Source: Calditrichia bacterium (GTDB lineage Bacteria; Calditrichota; Calditrichia; RBG-13-44-9; J075). Taken from it: DNA of 64,000 nucleotides. The position numbers and the translations under genes were made by a program. Shown here one piece after another: positions 30,131 through 39,833 of the stretch. The stretch spans positions 3,383,272 through 3,447,271 of the forward strand of contig JACKAQ010000001.1 of the NCBI GenBank assembly GCA_020634975.1. The letters are read 5' to 3'. Position 1 is the first letter of the stretch. Every line of letters begins with the position of its first letter. A model generated the notes under the pieces. It ran no database searches and had not been told where the DNA came from. It worked only from the letters and a program-made list of their open reading frames with translations.

Positions 30131-30622
30131 ATGAACGATCGAATGGTTGGCTTTTCGGAATTATATCGCCGATATGCGGCGGATGTGTACCGGTTCGCAT
30201 TTTGGCTGAGCGGCGATGGCGATGTGGCAAACGACATTGTTTCGGAAACATTTGTGAAAGTTTGGCTATCGAAAAAAGATGTGCAATTGCAAACTGTGAA
30301 AGCTTTTTTGTTTACCATCGCACGGAATGAATTTTTGAAAAGCCTGCGCAGCAACAAACGGCGCAGCGAAATACCGGAAGCATTGCTGGATGCCGCGCTG
30401 ATTGCGGATGAACAATTTGCCCAAACCGAATCGCTTCTGCGCACATTGCGACACCTCCGGCAACTGCCGGAAATCGATCGTGCTGTGCTCATTTTGCATG
30501 CGATGGAAGGATTGCCGCAACAGGAAATCGCGACAATTTTAAACCTCAGCCTGTCGGCTGTGAAGGTGAAAATTTTTCGCTCCCGCCGTAAATTGCTGGA
30601 ATTAGCGCTAAATAGTGAGTGA
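30131..30622 (+). CDS. RNA polymerase ECF-type sigma-70 factor
   Basis: Region 2 reads 'LYRRYAADVYRFAFWLSGDGDVANDIVSETFVKVW' and region 4 reads 'LPQQEIATILNLSLSAVKVKIFRSRRKL'. The in-frame ATG at 30131 gives a typical size of about 163 aa. The ORF-track start at 29903 would add an unlikely 76-aa extension. Confidence 0.8.
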   Translation: MNDRMVGFSELYRRYAADVYRFAFWLSGDGDVANDIVSETFVKVWLSKKDVQLQTVKAFLFTIARNEFLKSLRSNKRRSEIPEALLDAALIADEQFAQTESLLRTLRHLRQLPEIDRAVLILHAMEGLPQQEIATILNLSLSAVKVKIFRSRRKLLELALNSE

Positions 30623-30661
30623 GGATAAAGACAATGTTTTCAATAATTTGGAGATAAAAAA

Positions 30662-31087
30662 ATGAACATAACGGAACAGGTGATTCTGGATTTACTGCCG
30701 GTTTATCAATCCGGCGACGCCAGCGAAGACACCGTGAAATTGGTGGAAACATATTTAGCCGAACATCCGGATTTTGCCAAAAAAATCGCAAAAGCTTTGC
30801 CGGAAATTCCGGTTGAAGAAATTGCCCAAAAACATCAATTTATAAAGGAGAACGAAATGACCGCACTAACGCAAACCCGATCGCTGTTGCGCTGGAAAGG
30901 CATTTGGATGGGTTTTGCAATATTCTTTTCAGTTGCCCCGCTTTCATGTTATTCAACCGAGGCTACAGGTTTTCATTGGGTGTTTGAAAATTCGCCGCTT
31001 TTGGCGCTGGGATATTTTGCTGTTGGAATTTGTTGCTGGATCGCATTTTTTGTTATTCGACATCGCCTGAAAAGCACCGATTTGTAA
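30662..31087 (+). CDS. putative membrane-bound anti-sigma factor
   Basis: It lies immediately downstream of the ECF sigma gene. It has a soluble N-domain and two C-terminal TM helices. The call rests on position and topology only. Confidence 0.45.
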   Translation: MNITEQVILDLLPVYQSGDASEDTVKLVETYLAEHPDFAKKIAKALPEIPVEEIAQKHQFIKENEMTALTQTRSLLRWKGIWMGFAIFFSVAPLSCYSTEATGFHWVFENSPLLALGYFAVGICCWIAFFVIRHRLKSTDL

Positions 31088-31320
31088 TCGGAAAAATGTA
31101 ACAAAAATGGCTCACCTCCCGTGGATTATCCGAAACTTGGCTGAAGTTGCACCATTTTTATTCTGTTGAAACACTCCGCTCAAACCTTTCGCAGCAATTG
31201 CATAGGGCTTTTCCCGAAGTAATCCTTTGTAGAAAAAGGGATTTTTGCTATATTTTTTAGCGACTTATCGAAAAAAAATGTGCAACTGCTTCAACTAACC
31301 GCATCCGAACGGAGAATCGT

Positions 31321-32754
31321 ATGATCAAACTTAAGCCATTCAATGTGCTGCATTGGGTGTATTTTTTACTCTCAACTGTAATCAGCTTGTATCTGTTCAG
31401 CCAGCCTGCGACAAATGTGATGGCGGATTGGCCCGGCGTTGTGCAGTTTGTGCGCTCTGCACTGTTGATGTTTGCATTGTATCTGATGTTCCAAAAATTA
31501 TTTGAGATGGAGCTACACACAAAAATAATTTTGGGGATGATTCTCGGTGGATTTGCGGGATTTATTTACGGTAACGAAATTGTGGAAGTAAAGCCGGTTG
31601 GAACGGCGTTTATTCGGTTGATCCAAATGATTGTTGTGCCGTTGGTGCTGGCATCGCTGATCAGCGGAACCGCCAGTCTCGGCGATATCAAAAAAATGAA
31701 GCGCATCGGCAGCAAAACGCTGGTGTATTACCTCTGCTCAACGGCAGTGGCGATCTCGATCGGGTTGATATTCGCCAATATTTTTCAGCCGGGCAGTGGC
31801 ATGTCTCCTGATGTGCAGGCAAAATTGCTGGAAAGTTACGGCGGTGCCGCCGGCGAAAAAGTGGCTGCGGCACAGGGCAGCGTATCGATTGTCGATACAT
31901 TTTTGAATATGATACCCAAAAATCCGGTGGAAGCGTTAGCTTCTGCCAGCATGTTGCAGGTGATCTTTTTTTCGATAATGACCGGTATCGCACTGACCAT
32001 TTTGCCGAAAGACAAAGCTCAGCCGGTGATCAATTTTTTTGACGGTTTGTTCGAAGCGATGATCAAAATTGTGGTGATCGTGATTGAAATTGCGCCGTAC
32101 GGCGTGTTCGCGCTCATCGCGGATGCTGTCGGTAGCTTCGGGCTGGAAATTCTGGCATCGCTGTTAAAATATACGCTGGTTACCGCAGTCGCATTGTTTG
32201 CAGTGCTGATGATTTATCCGTTTGTTGTCAAACTGTTCTCCGGAATGAGCCCCAGGATGTTTATGCGCGGTATTCGTCCGGCGCAGCTGGTGGCATTCAG
32301 CACCAGTTCCAGCGGCGCAACGCTGCCCGTTACGATGGAATGTTCGGAAGATAATCTTGGTGTTTCCAAAGAGGTTGCCAGCTTTATTTTGCCGCTCGGC
32401 GCAACTGTAAACATGGACGGAACGGCGTTGTACCAGGGTGTGGCAACCATTTTTATTGCACAGGTTTATGGCATTCCGCTGGATTTAGGCGCACAATTGA
32501 TGGTGGTGCTCACCGCTACGCTGGCATCCATCGGCACTGCTGCTGCGCCGGGAGTCGGCATTTTGATGCTGGTGATAGTGTTGCAGCAAGTTGGTGTTCC
32601 GCTGGAAGGCATTGCGCTGATTTTGGCGGTTGATCGATTACTCGATATGCTCCGGACAGTTGTGAACATCACCAGCGATGCAACTGCATCGGTAATTGTT
32701 GCCGCAACCGAAGGCCAACTGCATGAGCCGCCGAACGAAAGCAAGGGGGTATAA
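31321..32754 (+). CDS. dicarboxylate/amino acid:cation (Na+/H+) symporter, DAACS family
   Basis: The hallmark 'IQMIVVPLVLASLISGTASLGDIKKMKRIG' is present. Later blocks 'SSSGATLP' and 'MDGTALYQGVATIFIAQ' are also present. Confidence 0.85.
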   Translation: MIKLKPFNVLHWVYFLLSTVISLYLFSQPATNVMADWPGVVQFVRSALLMFALYLMFQKLFEMELHTKIILGMILGGFAGFIYGNEIVEVKPVGTAFIRLIQMIVVPLVLASLISGTASLGDIKKMKRIGSKTLVYYLCSTAVAISIGLIFANIFQPGSGMSPDVQAKLLESYGGAAGEKVAAAQGSVSIVDTFLNMIPKNPVEALASASMLQVIFFSIMTGIALTILPKDKAQPVINFFDGLFEAMIKIVVIVIEIAPYGVFALIADAVGSFGLEILASLLKYTLVTAVALFAVLMIYPFVVKLFSGMSPRMFMRGIRPAQLVAFSTSSSGATLPVTMECSEDNLGVSKEVASFILPLGATVNMDGTALYQGVATIFIAQVYGIPLDLGAQLMVVLTATLASIGTAAAPGVGILMLVIVLQQVGVPLEGIALILAVDRLLDMLRTVVNITSDATASVIVAATEGQLHEPPNESKGV

Positions 32755-32802
32755 ACCCAAACAAAACAGCAAGTTGTGATTTTTTTAAAAGGAGTTGGAA
32801 TA

Positions 32803-34167
32803 ATGACAGATAAAAATAAGGATCAGCCCCAGGTTAATAAAGCGCCAAGCTATTCATCGGATAAAAGTAACGGGAAACGCAATCAATCTCCGCAAATTTA
32901 CCTGAACCTGAATGTTCGGGGATTGCCGCAATCCGCCACGCTGACCATCAATGAATTGAGCGCTTCGCTGATCAAAAACGGTAAAAAAGTATATAAATTG
33001 GGATTGGGACAATCGCCTTTTCCGGTACCGGAGGAAGTCGTTGCTGCGCTGCAAACGCACGCTCACGAAAAAGATTATTTGCCGGTGAAGGGATTGCCGG
33101 AGCTCCGGGCCGCAGTTGCCGGGTTCCATCGCCGCAAAGAAGGTATCAATTTTAAAGCTGAAAATGTACTGATTGGCCCGGGTTCCAAAGAATTGATGTT
33201 TATTGTTCAGCTCGTGTATTACGGTGATTTGGTGATACCGACGCCCAGTTGGGTATCGTACGCACCGCAGGCGCAGATTATCGGGCGGCACATTCGTTGG
33301 GTGCCCACCCGGTTGACCAATAGCCTGAACCTCATGCCGGAAGATTTGGAAAAATTGTGCGAACCCGATCCCGATCGCCCGAGAATTGTTATCCTCAATT
33401 ACCCCAATAATCCCAGTGGCAGCACTTACACGACGGATGAACTGAAAGCAATTGCCAAAGTTGCCCGCAAATATCGTATCATTTTAATTTCCGATGAGAT
33501 TTATGGCGAGATGCACCACAAAGGGCAGCATGTTTCCATCGCGCGATTTTATCCGGAAGGCACAATTATCAGCAGTGGATTGAGCAAATGGTGTGGTGCC
33601 GGCGGCTGGCGATTGGGCACTTTTACGTTCCCGGAATCCTTGAATTGGTTGCGCGATGCCATGTCTGTGGTCGCCAGCGAAACCTTTACGGCAACATCTG
33701 CGCCGATTCAATATGCCGCCGTGCAGGCGTTCAATGGCAGCGAAAAAATTGAGAAGTATCTGGCGCGATCCCGGAAATTGCTCAGTGCGTTAGGACGCTA
33801 TCTCGCCCGGCGGCTTCAAAAAGCCGGCGTTGCGTTACCGGAGCCAAAAGGCGGATTTTATTTATACGCCAATTTTAACTCATTTCGCGAAGCACTGAAT
33901 CGCCGGGGAATTTATACCAGCGATGAACTTTGCCATCAATTGCTCAACGATACCGGCGTTGCCATTTTGCCGGGCAGCGTATTTGGCAGCCAGCCGGAAA
34001 CGTTGACCGCCCGGTTGGCTTATGTGGATTTTGATGGCGAAAAAGCCTTGGCAGGTGTTGCGACATTGCCACCTGCCAAAGTTATCGATGTAGAATTTTT
34101 GCGGGAATATTGCCCGAATGTTGTTACCGCTGTGGACCTGATTTGCGATTGGCTGGCTACAAAATAA
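32803..34167 (+). CDS. pyridoxal-phosphate-dependent aminotransferase, class I/II (aspartate/aromatic aminotransferase-like)
   Basis: Family blocks 'NYPNNPSGSTYT' and 'ISDEIYGEM' are present. The PLP-lysine block is 'SSGLSKWCGAGGWRLG'. An AAGGAG SD precedes the ATG at 32803. Confidence 0.8.
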   Translation: MTDKNKDQPQVNKAPSYSSDKSNGKRNQSPQIYLNLNVRGLPQSATLTINELSASLIKNGKKVYKLGLGQSPFPVPEEVVAALQTHAHEKDYLPVKGLPELRAAVAGFHRRKEGINFKAENVLIGPGSKELMFIVQLVYYGDLVIPTPSWVSYAPQAQIIGRHIRWVPTRLTNSLNLMPEDLEKLCEPDPDRPRIVILNYPNNPSGSTYTTDELKAIAKVARKYRIILISDEIYGEMHHKGQHVSIARFYPEGTIISSGLSKWCGAGGWRLGTFTFPESLNWLRDAMSVVASETFTATSAPIQYAAVQAFNGSEKIEKYLARSRKLLSALGRYLARRLQKAGVALPEPKGGFYLYANFNSFREALNRRGIYTSDELCHQLLNDTGVAILPGSVFGSQPETLTARLAYVDFDGEKALAGVATLPPAKVIDVEFLREYCPNVVTAVDLICDWLATK

Positions 34168-34800
34168 TCACTTTTGATCACGAAACGGGCGTTGGGCGCG
34201 ACGTTCGTTTCGTTGCGCCTCATTCAGCTTTTTGAATGTTGCCTGCTGGTCAGCTGTGAGATGTTTGGCGATGGCGGCATCTTGCTCGATCATCAGTGCT
34301 CTCATTTTTTCCCGGTCATCCCGGCTCGGGCGTTGTCCCGGCTGACGCATCGAGCGTATTTTCTCACCATATTCTGCCATAACCGGTTGAATTTTGGCGA
34401 CTTGCTCCTCGGTCAATGCCAGCTCTTTTTTGAGCATCTCCAGCCGTTGTTCGCCAAATCCGCCGCGCGGTGCACTTCGCCCAAGTTGCTGTTTTTCCAT
34501 CACTTCTGCGAATATTTTTTTTTGCTCGTCCGAAAGAATATTTTGGATTTGCTGCTGTTCCTGAACCCGCAAATCTGCCTCGGCTTTTTGCAGCGCATCT
34601 GGATTATTTTTATTTTCTTCCCGTAATTGATTCATTTGCTGCCGGCTGTTTTCCAAAATTTTTTGAATGGATTCGGTCTGCGTCTCACTCAAATTGAGCT
34701 GTTTTTTCAACATTTCGATTCTGCCCGATGGCGATTGCGCTGAAATTTGTGATACCGTAAGCAGCAGAATTGCTGCCACCATAACTAAAAAATACCGCAT
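34168..34800 (-). CDS. periplasmic LTXXQ-motif protein (Spy/CpxP-like chaperone family)
   Basis: It has a signal peptide. Repeated 'LSETQTESIQ', 'LTEEQVAKIQ' and 'LTADQQATFKKL' motifs occur in a coiled-coil-rich protein of about 210 aa. Confidence 0.6.
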   Translation of the reverse strand: MRYFLVMVAAILLLTVSQISAQSPSGRIEMLKKQLNLSETQTESIQKILENSRQQMNQLREENKNNPDALQKAEADLRVQEQQQIQNILSDEQKKIFAEVMEKQQLGRSAPRGGFGEQRLEMLKKELALTEEQVAKIQPVMAEYGEKIRSMRQPGQRPSRDDREKMRALMIEQDAAIAKHLTADQQATFKKLNEAQRNERRAQRPFRDQK

Positions 34801-34921
34801 AATTTTTTCTCCGAAAAATGGGTTGTTTTACAAATTGAATCATCCACAAGCTGTCCTCTTTTCAGGTGCTTCGAATATTAGACACGGTATTTTCTGTAAT
34901 CTTTCAAAAATTTTGGTAGAA

Positions 34922-34953
34922 ATAAAAAAGGGAACGTTGACCGTTCCCTTTTG
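34922..34953 (-). terminator. rho-independent terminator downstream of the phosphohexomutase gene (GGGAACG-loop-CGTTCCC)
   Basis: A perfect 7-bp stem is flanked by A-run and T-run, so it could work in either direction. It lies 26 nt after the minus-strand stop at 34979. Confidence 0.65.
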
Positions 34954-34978
34954 CGAACATCTGATTTTGAAATGTTGA

Positions 34979-36337
34979 TCAGTGCGGTTTCAGTGCGCTG
35001 ATTTCTTCCTTTATTTCCTGCAAAATGCTCCATGCGATGTCCGGTGTGCGGGCTTCAACAATAGCGCGCATAATCGGTTCGGTGTTCGATTTCCGCAGGT
35101 GAATCCAGCAATCCGGGCGGTCGATGCGCAATCCGTCCATAAAATTGAGCGTGTCCGAACTGTATTTGCTGCTGAAATGTTCGATCACATGATCGGGATT
35201 GACATCACCCAGCGGTGTTTTGTCTTTCAGAATGTAATATTGGGGCAGCGTTTGCTTCAGATCCGTGACGGATTTCCCCCATTCGGCAAGGTGCTGCAGG
35301 GTTAGTGCAACGGCAACCGGTGCGTCTCTGCCCAAATGGATATCCGGCAAAATGATGCCGCCGTTACCTTCGCCGCCGATGACGGCGTCCACATCGCGCA
35401 TTTTATCGGCAACGTTAATTTCGCCAACTTTGGTTTTGGTGAGCTGGCAATTGTAATATTGGGCAATGTCATCCACTGCGCGGGAGGTGGAAAGGTTGAT
35501 GACCACATGTCCGAGTTTTTTGCTCAAAATAAATTTCACTGCCATCGCCAGGGTGTATTCTTCGCCCATCGGGTGACCGTCGTTGCCGATGAGTGCGCAA
35601 CGATCCACATCCGGATCGACGGCAACACCCAAATCTGCGCCGCTGTCTTTTACGGCCTGGCATAAATCGCCCAAATTTTGGGGAACGGGTTCCGGTGTGT
35701 GGGCAAAAACGCCGGTTGGTTCCAGATTTAGCCCAACGATTTCGCAACCGAGATCTTCCAGCAATTTTGGAATAATCGCACCGCCCGCACCGTTGACGCA
35801 ATCCAGCGCCACTTTGAATTTGCGACTGCGGATCAAATCGATGTCAATATATGGCAGGTTGTAAATTTTACGCAGGTGGTCGTTGATGGCATCGGGATAG
35901 CTTTCTTCGTGACCCAGCACGTTCCAGCTAACGTATTCTGTTACGCCCCTGTCTGCCCGTTCGAACAATTCCTTGATCTGGTTTTCGGGGAGAAACAGCC
36001 CGTCTTCACCGATGAATTTCAACCCGTTCCATTGAATAGGGTTGTGGCTTGCGGTGATGGCAATGCCGCCGGCAGCTTTGAGGTGCTCAACTGCAATTTG
36101 TACGGTGGGCGTTGGTGTAATACCGATATCGATCACCTGGCAACCGCTGGCCATCAAAACAGATTTTACGATCGGGCGAACAAATGCCTGGCTAACGCGC
36201 GGGTCTCCACCCACGACTACTTTTTTATCGCTCAACATTTGGGCGAACGCATGCACATATTTGGTAATAATTTCTGGCGTCAGGCTGTCTCCCACAATGC
36301 CACGAACGCCGGAAACACTGGTCATCAAACTTTTCAA
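34979..36337 (-). CDS. phosphoglucomutase/phosphomannomutase (alpha-D-phosphohexomutase) family protein
   Basis: The N-terminus reads 'SVSGVRGIVGD'. The active-site serine loop 'ITASHNPIQWNGLKF' is present. A metal-binding 'DPDVDR' motif is present. Confidence 0.85.
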   Translation of the reverse strand: MKSLMTSVSGVRGIVGDSLTPEIITKYVHAFAQMLSDKKVVVGGDPRVSQAFVRPIVKSVLMASGCQVIDIGITPTPTVQIAVEHLKAAGGIAITASHNPIQWNGLKFIGEDGLFLPENQIKELFERADRGVTEYVSWNVLGHEESYPDAINDHLRKIYNLPYIDIDLIRSRKFKVALDCVNGAGGAIIPKLLEDLGCEIVGLNLEPTGVFAHTPEPVPQNLGDLCQAVKDSGADLGVAVDPDVDRCALIGNDGHPMGEEYTLAMAVKFILSKKLGHVVINLSTSRAVDDIAQYYNCQLTKTKVGEINVADKMRDVDAVIGGEGNGGIILPDIHLGRDAPVAVALTLQHLAEWGKSVTDLKQTLPQYYILKDKTPLGDVNPDHVIEHFSSKYSSDTLNFMDGLRIDRPDCWIHLRKSNTEPIMRAIVEARTPDIAWSILQEIKEEISALKPH

Positions 36338-36481
36338 CCTAAAATACCTCCGGGGCTAAAAGGGTTATCATTTTATTATCATAAAAATATAATATGCATA
36401 TTATCGGCAACAAAGCATGGACTTAATTCACAAATTCGGATTTTACGGTTGTAAACGATTGGCGAGGGCAGGGGAGTGGAT

Positions 36482-36513
36482 AAAAAAAGGGAACGCGTTT
36501 GCGTCCCCTTTTG
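36482..36513 (-). terminator. rho-independent terminator downstream of the sigma-70 gene (GGGGACGC-AAAC-GCGTTCCC on the minus strand)
   Basis: An 8-bp stem (one G.U pair) is followed on the minus strand by a TTTTTTT run. It lies about 25 nt after the stop at 36539. Confidence 0.6.
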
Positions 36514-36538
36514 AGAAAGCGGTTATCAAATTTCCGTA

Positions 36539-37393
36539 TTAGAGGAACAGCCGCAAATTTTGGGAGCGGGACTGATGCCGCAACCGAATCAATGCACGTT
36601 CCTTAATTTGGCGAACCCGTTCACGGGTTAATTTGAGGCGTTCGCCAATTTCTTCGAGCGTGTACGGACGCTCATAATCGACACCAAAATACATTTTGAT
36701 GATTTTCTCTTCCCTGGATGTGAGTGACTTCAGCACTCTGCGAATTTCCTGTCGCAGCGAATCGGTAATCAAATCGCCATCCGGCGTTTTGCTATCCGGG
36801 TTCCGGATAATCTCCTTCATCGTTCCTTCCTCTGAACGATTGATCGGCTGATCCAGCGATACGTGAAACGCGCTGCTGGTCATCGCTTCGGAGATATCGG
36901 GGACTGATATGTCTAATTCCTGGGAGATTTCTTCGTAGGAGGGATCCCGGTTGAACTCCTGTTCAAGGGTTCGAACCAGTTGATTCACTTTGCTGATCAA
37001 ACCAACCCGGTTAAGGGGGAGTCGAACGACTCTGGAATGCTCAGCTAACGCTTTCAAAATGGATTGTCGAATCCACCAGACTGCGTACGAAATAAATTTG
37101 AATCCGCGTGTTTCATCAAACCGTTTTGCAGCTTTGATCAATCCGAGGTTGCCCTCATTGATCAGATCAGTTAGCGGTAAACCCTGGTTTTGATACTCTT
37201 TAGCAACTTTCACGACAAACCGGAGGTTTGCGCGGATGAGATGATGCAGTGCTTCCTGATCGCCTTGTTTAATACGCTGAGTGAGTTCGATCTCTTCAGC
37301 GGGGACGAGCAGTGGTATCTGACTGATCTCATCTAAATATTTTTCCAGGGAAAAACGGGGGTTGGAACGAATGCCACGTAGCTCCAGACTCAT
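36539..37393 (-). CDS. RNA polymerase sigma-70 family factor (RpoD/SigA-like, regions 2-4)
   Basis: Region 2 reads 'ANLRFVVKVAKEYQNQGLPLTDLINEGNLGLIKAAKRFDETRGFKFISYAVWWIRQSI'. Region 4 is 'YTLEEIGERLKLTRERVRQIKERALIRLR'. The start is chosen at the ATG preceded by GGAGAGG. Confidence 0.8.
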   Translation of the reverse strand: MSLELRGIRSNPRFSLEKYLDEISQIPLLVPAEEIELTQRIKQGDQEALHHLIRANLRFVVKVAKEYQNQGLPLTDLINEGNLGLIKAAKRFDETRGFKFISYAVWWIRQSILKALAEHSRVVRLPLNRVGLISKVNQLVRTLEQEFNRDPSYEEISQELDISVPDISEAMTSSAFHVSLDQPINRSEEGTMKEIIRNPDSKTPDGDLITDSLRQEIRRVLKSLTSREEKIIKMYFGVDYERPYTLEEIGERLKLTRERVRQIKERALIRLRHQSRSQNLRLFL

Positions 37394-37655
37394 GCAAGGC
37401 CTCTCCACGTTTTGGGTTAAACTTAGAAAAAGCAATATCATAGATCAAGCGGTGGGAAGAAATATAATACACGTATTTGCACTTGTCAAAGAAAAAATCG
37501 GCAGTGTGTAAAAAAATTTCACACTTCTGTTCTAAACGCAATATTTAACGGATTAGGCAGATTGTCGATAATAAATCACCTGCGGAAAGAAATATTAAAT
37601 AAACATTTGATTTACAGTTCAGCGAAAACTAAATTTATAAGCTAAAAATAACCAC

Positions 37656-37728
37656 GCCCCCGTAGCTCAGTGGATAGAGCACTGGCCTCCGGAGCCAGGT
37701 GCGTAAGTTCGATTCTTACCGGGGGTAC
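37656..37728 (+). tRNA. tRNA-Arg (anticodon CCG)
   Basis: A manual cloverleaf was built. The acceptor is GCCCCCG/CGGGGGU. The D-arm is GCTC-AGTGGATA-GAGC. The anticodon stem CTGGC/GCCAG has loop CT-CCG-GA. The T-arm is GTAAG-TTCGATT-CTTAC. Confidence 0.8.
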
Positions 37729-37734
37729 AAAATG

Positions 37735-37775
37735 CAGGCTGTTTGAAATTTAAAATTCAAACAGCCTTTTTTATT
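37735..37775 (+). terminator. rho-independent terminator after the tRNA (AGGCTGTTTGAA...TTCAAACAGCCT followed by TTTTTT)
   Basis: A 12-bp perfect stem with an 8-nt loop is followed by a T-run. On the opposite strand it could also serve the sigma-54 activator gene. Confidence 0.75.
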
Positions 37776-37838
37776 GATTGCAAATGTTGTTTTTTGGGAA
37801 TGAGAAGTGATAAAACAAATGCTGATAGTTTCTAAAAA

Positions 37839-38840
37839 TTAACTGTCTATGCCATGTTTTTTTAGCTTATACCGAAATTTTTCTCTGGTGATGTGGAGTA
37901 ATTTTGCTGCTTTTGCTTTGTTGCCTTCGGCTGTTTCCAGTGCTTTTTCGAGCACTGCTTTTTCCAATTCGTCCAGGGGAATGCCCTGTGGCGGAAAGTT
38001 GATCTCGATTTTTTGGCTACCGCGAATATTGACCGGATAATTTTTAACGATGTGCCCCTCACCCAGTTTTAAATCATCATAAGAAATAAGCTCAGATGAA
38101 CTGAGTAACACAACGCGCTCAATAGTGTTTTTCAATTCGCGAACATTGCCCGGCCATGGGTAACTGAGCAGCAAATCTTTTGCTGCGTTTGAAAATCCGC
38201 GAATTTTCCGGTGATGCTCTGCCGCAAACTGGAATAAATAATATTCTGCCAGCAACAAAATATCCTGACTGCGTTCCCGCAAAGGCGGCACCCGGATGGA
38301 AATCACGTTTAACCGATAATACAAGTCCTCCCGAAATTTGCCTTTCTGAACCAAATTTACCAGATCGCGGTTGGTTGCGGCAATTATCCGCATTTTGAGG
38401 TCAATATTGCGGATGCCGCCCACCCGCCGGAAGGCTTTTTCATCCAACACTTTGAGCAATTTCGATTGCAACCCGATATTCATATCCCCAATTTCATCGA
38501 GAAAAAACGTTCCGCCGTCTGCCAGTTCCAGCAACCCTTTTTTAGTTTTTCGTGCATCAGTAAATGCGCCGGCTTCGTAGCCGAACAATTCTGTTTCCAG
38601 CAGCGATTCCGGCAGCGCCGTGCAGTTAATTTCCACAAAAGGCTTTGTAGCCTGCTGGCTGGCATTGTGGATTGCCCTGGCGATCAGCTCCTTGCCGGTT
38701 CCGCTTTCACCCAAGATCAGCACGGTAACGGTGGAGCTGTGCACAACTCTTTTGATGTCCTCATACAACTTTTTCATTTGGGGACTTTTGCCAATGAGGT
38801 TGTAAAAATTGATGATCTGATCGCCGGGGGAAATGCTCAT
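37839..38840 (-). CDS. sigma-54-dependent transcriptional activator lacking an N-terminal sensor/receiver domain (AAA+ plus Fis-type HTH only)
   Basis: Walker A is 'ILGESGTGKELIARAIH'. The sigma-54 contact motif is in its 'GAFTDA' variant. The C-terminal HTH is 'AKAAKLLHITREKFRYKLKKHGI'. Only about 20 residues precede the AAA+ core. Confidence 0.85.
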   Translation of the reverse strand: MSISPGDQIINFYNLIGKSPQMKKLYEDIKRVVHSSTVTVLILGESGTGKELIARAIHNASQQATKPFVEINCTALPESLLETELFGYEAGAFTDARKTKKGLLELADGGTFFLDEIGDMNIGLQSKLLKVLDEKAFRRVGGIRNIDLKMRIIAATNRDLVNLVQKGKFREDLYYRLNVISIRVPPLRERSQDILLLAEYYLFQFAAEHHRKIRGFSNAAKDLLLSYPWPGNVRELKNTIERVVLLSSSELISYDDLKLGEGHIVKNYPVNIRGSQKIEINFPPQGIPLDELEKAVLEKALETAEGNKAKAAKLLHITREKFRYKLKKHGIDS

Positions 38841-38974
38841 TTTTTGTTAACCTGATTTCTGTTCATTCAAGTTCAATGGTTCCCATTTATTATCGGATTC
38901 CCCGCGATTTTCTTGAAGTGGACATCGATCTCAGGTTGTTTTATATCAATGATTTCCCGGCTCTGATTTCCAGA

Positions 38975-39811
38975 TTATTCGATGAAAATTGCCACGCAAC
39001 CCTCATTTCCGGCTGCTGCCGGCAATGACACAGGTGATACATCTTTTTCGGAAAACAGTGCCCGTAGTCGATCAAAAAAATTTGCTGCCAACGGATGCTG
39101 TGATTGCATCGAAACTCGACCGGATGTCGAATACAAATTACGCAATAGTGCAATTTCCTGGATATATTTTTCGACGTTGCGCGATAAGCTGCTGCCCCGG
39201 CTATCGAACAGCTCGCTGTTGGCAATGCGAATTTGTGTGCCGCTGCTGTCCGCAAAAAACGCTGCAACAATGGTGAAGGTTTGCCCTGGAAATGTTTTTT
39301 TATTTCCGGCGCGATCTACCGCCGTAAAGCTGAATGAATAGTTGTGTCCCGGAACCAGCATCTCGCCGCTGTTGCCAATGCCATCCCACGGTATATCAGC
39401 AGGTGGATTGCCATCGCCGCTAACGGTATAAAATACATCGCCGTTGCTCCGGAAAATGTGCATTTCCCAATACTTCAGATCGCTGAAATTGGCATGAAAC
39501 ACCTTTACCGGCTGCGGTTGGATGTTCGCGAAAGCGGGCGAAATCAGTTTGAAAGTGAACGAATCCCATTTATTTTCACCGACCGATTGCCCGGACACAC
39601 CCACCGCCGCCCAGGAAATTTTTTCGGGAATCTGGATGAGATCTGAAAAATCCATTGGCATCATAACCGGCAATTTTTCTTCTTTCATTTCTGCGGAATA
39701 AGTGGCTTTTACCACAACTTCGTCTAGCGAACCGGATTTTTCTTCAGAATTCTGTCCGAACACGCCCGATGTTGCGAACAAGATGACGGAAACAATCATT
39801 AATAATTTCAT
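38975..39811 (-). CDS. hypothetical secreted protein (Ig-like middle domain; possible degenerate OmpA/Pal-like C-terminal segment)
   Basis: It has a signal peptide. The 'WDGIGNSGEMLVPGHNYSFSFTAVDRAGN' block resembles FlgD/Ig-like folds. It is the last gene of the Exb/TonB block. The function is unknown. Confidence 0.4.
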   Translation of the reverse strand: MKLLMIVSVILFATSGVFGQNSEEKSGSLDEVVVKATYSAEMKEEKLPVMMPMDFSDLIQIPEKISWAAVGVSGQSVGENKWDSFTFKLISPAFANIQPQPVKVFHANFSDLKYWEMHIFRSNGDVFYTVSGDGNPPADIPWDGIGNSGEMLVPGHNYSFSFTAVDRAGNKKTFPGQTFTIVAAFFADSSGTQIRIANSELFDSRGSSLSRNVEKYIQEIALLRNLYSTSGRVSMQSQHPLAANFFDRLRALFSEKDVSPVSLPAAAGNEGCVAIFIE

Positions 39812-39833
39812 TGGTTTTCCTTTTCTTTTATCG

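Noticed and set aside
34174-34626. A 150-aa plus-strand ORF antisense to the LTXXQ periplasmic protein gene.
   Set aside because: It is a shadow ORF. The minus-strand product has a signal peptide and a repeated family motif.
37656-37775. tRNA-Arg as a possible integration site for a genomic island or prophage.
   Set aside because: No integrase, transposase, direct repeat of the tRNA 3' end, or phage genes occur within the flanking 10 kb. The downstream genes are ordinary regulators.
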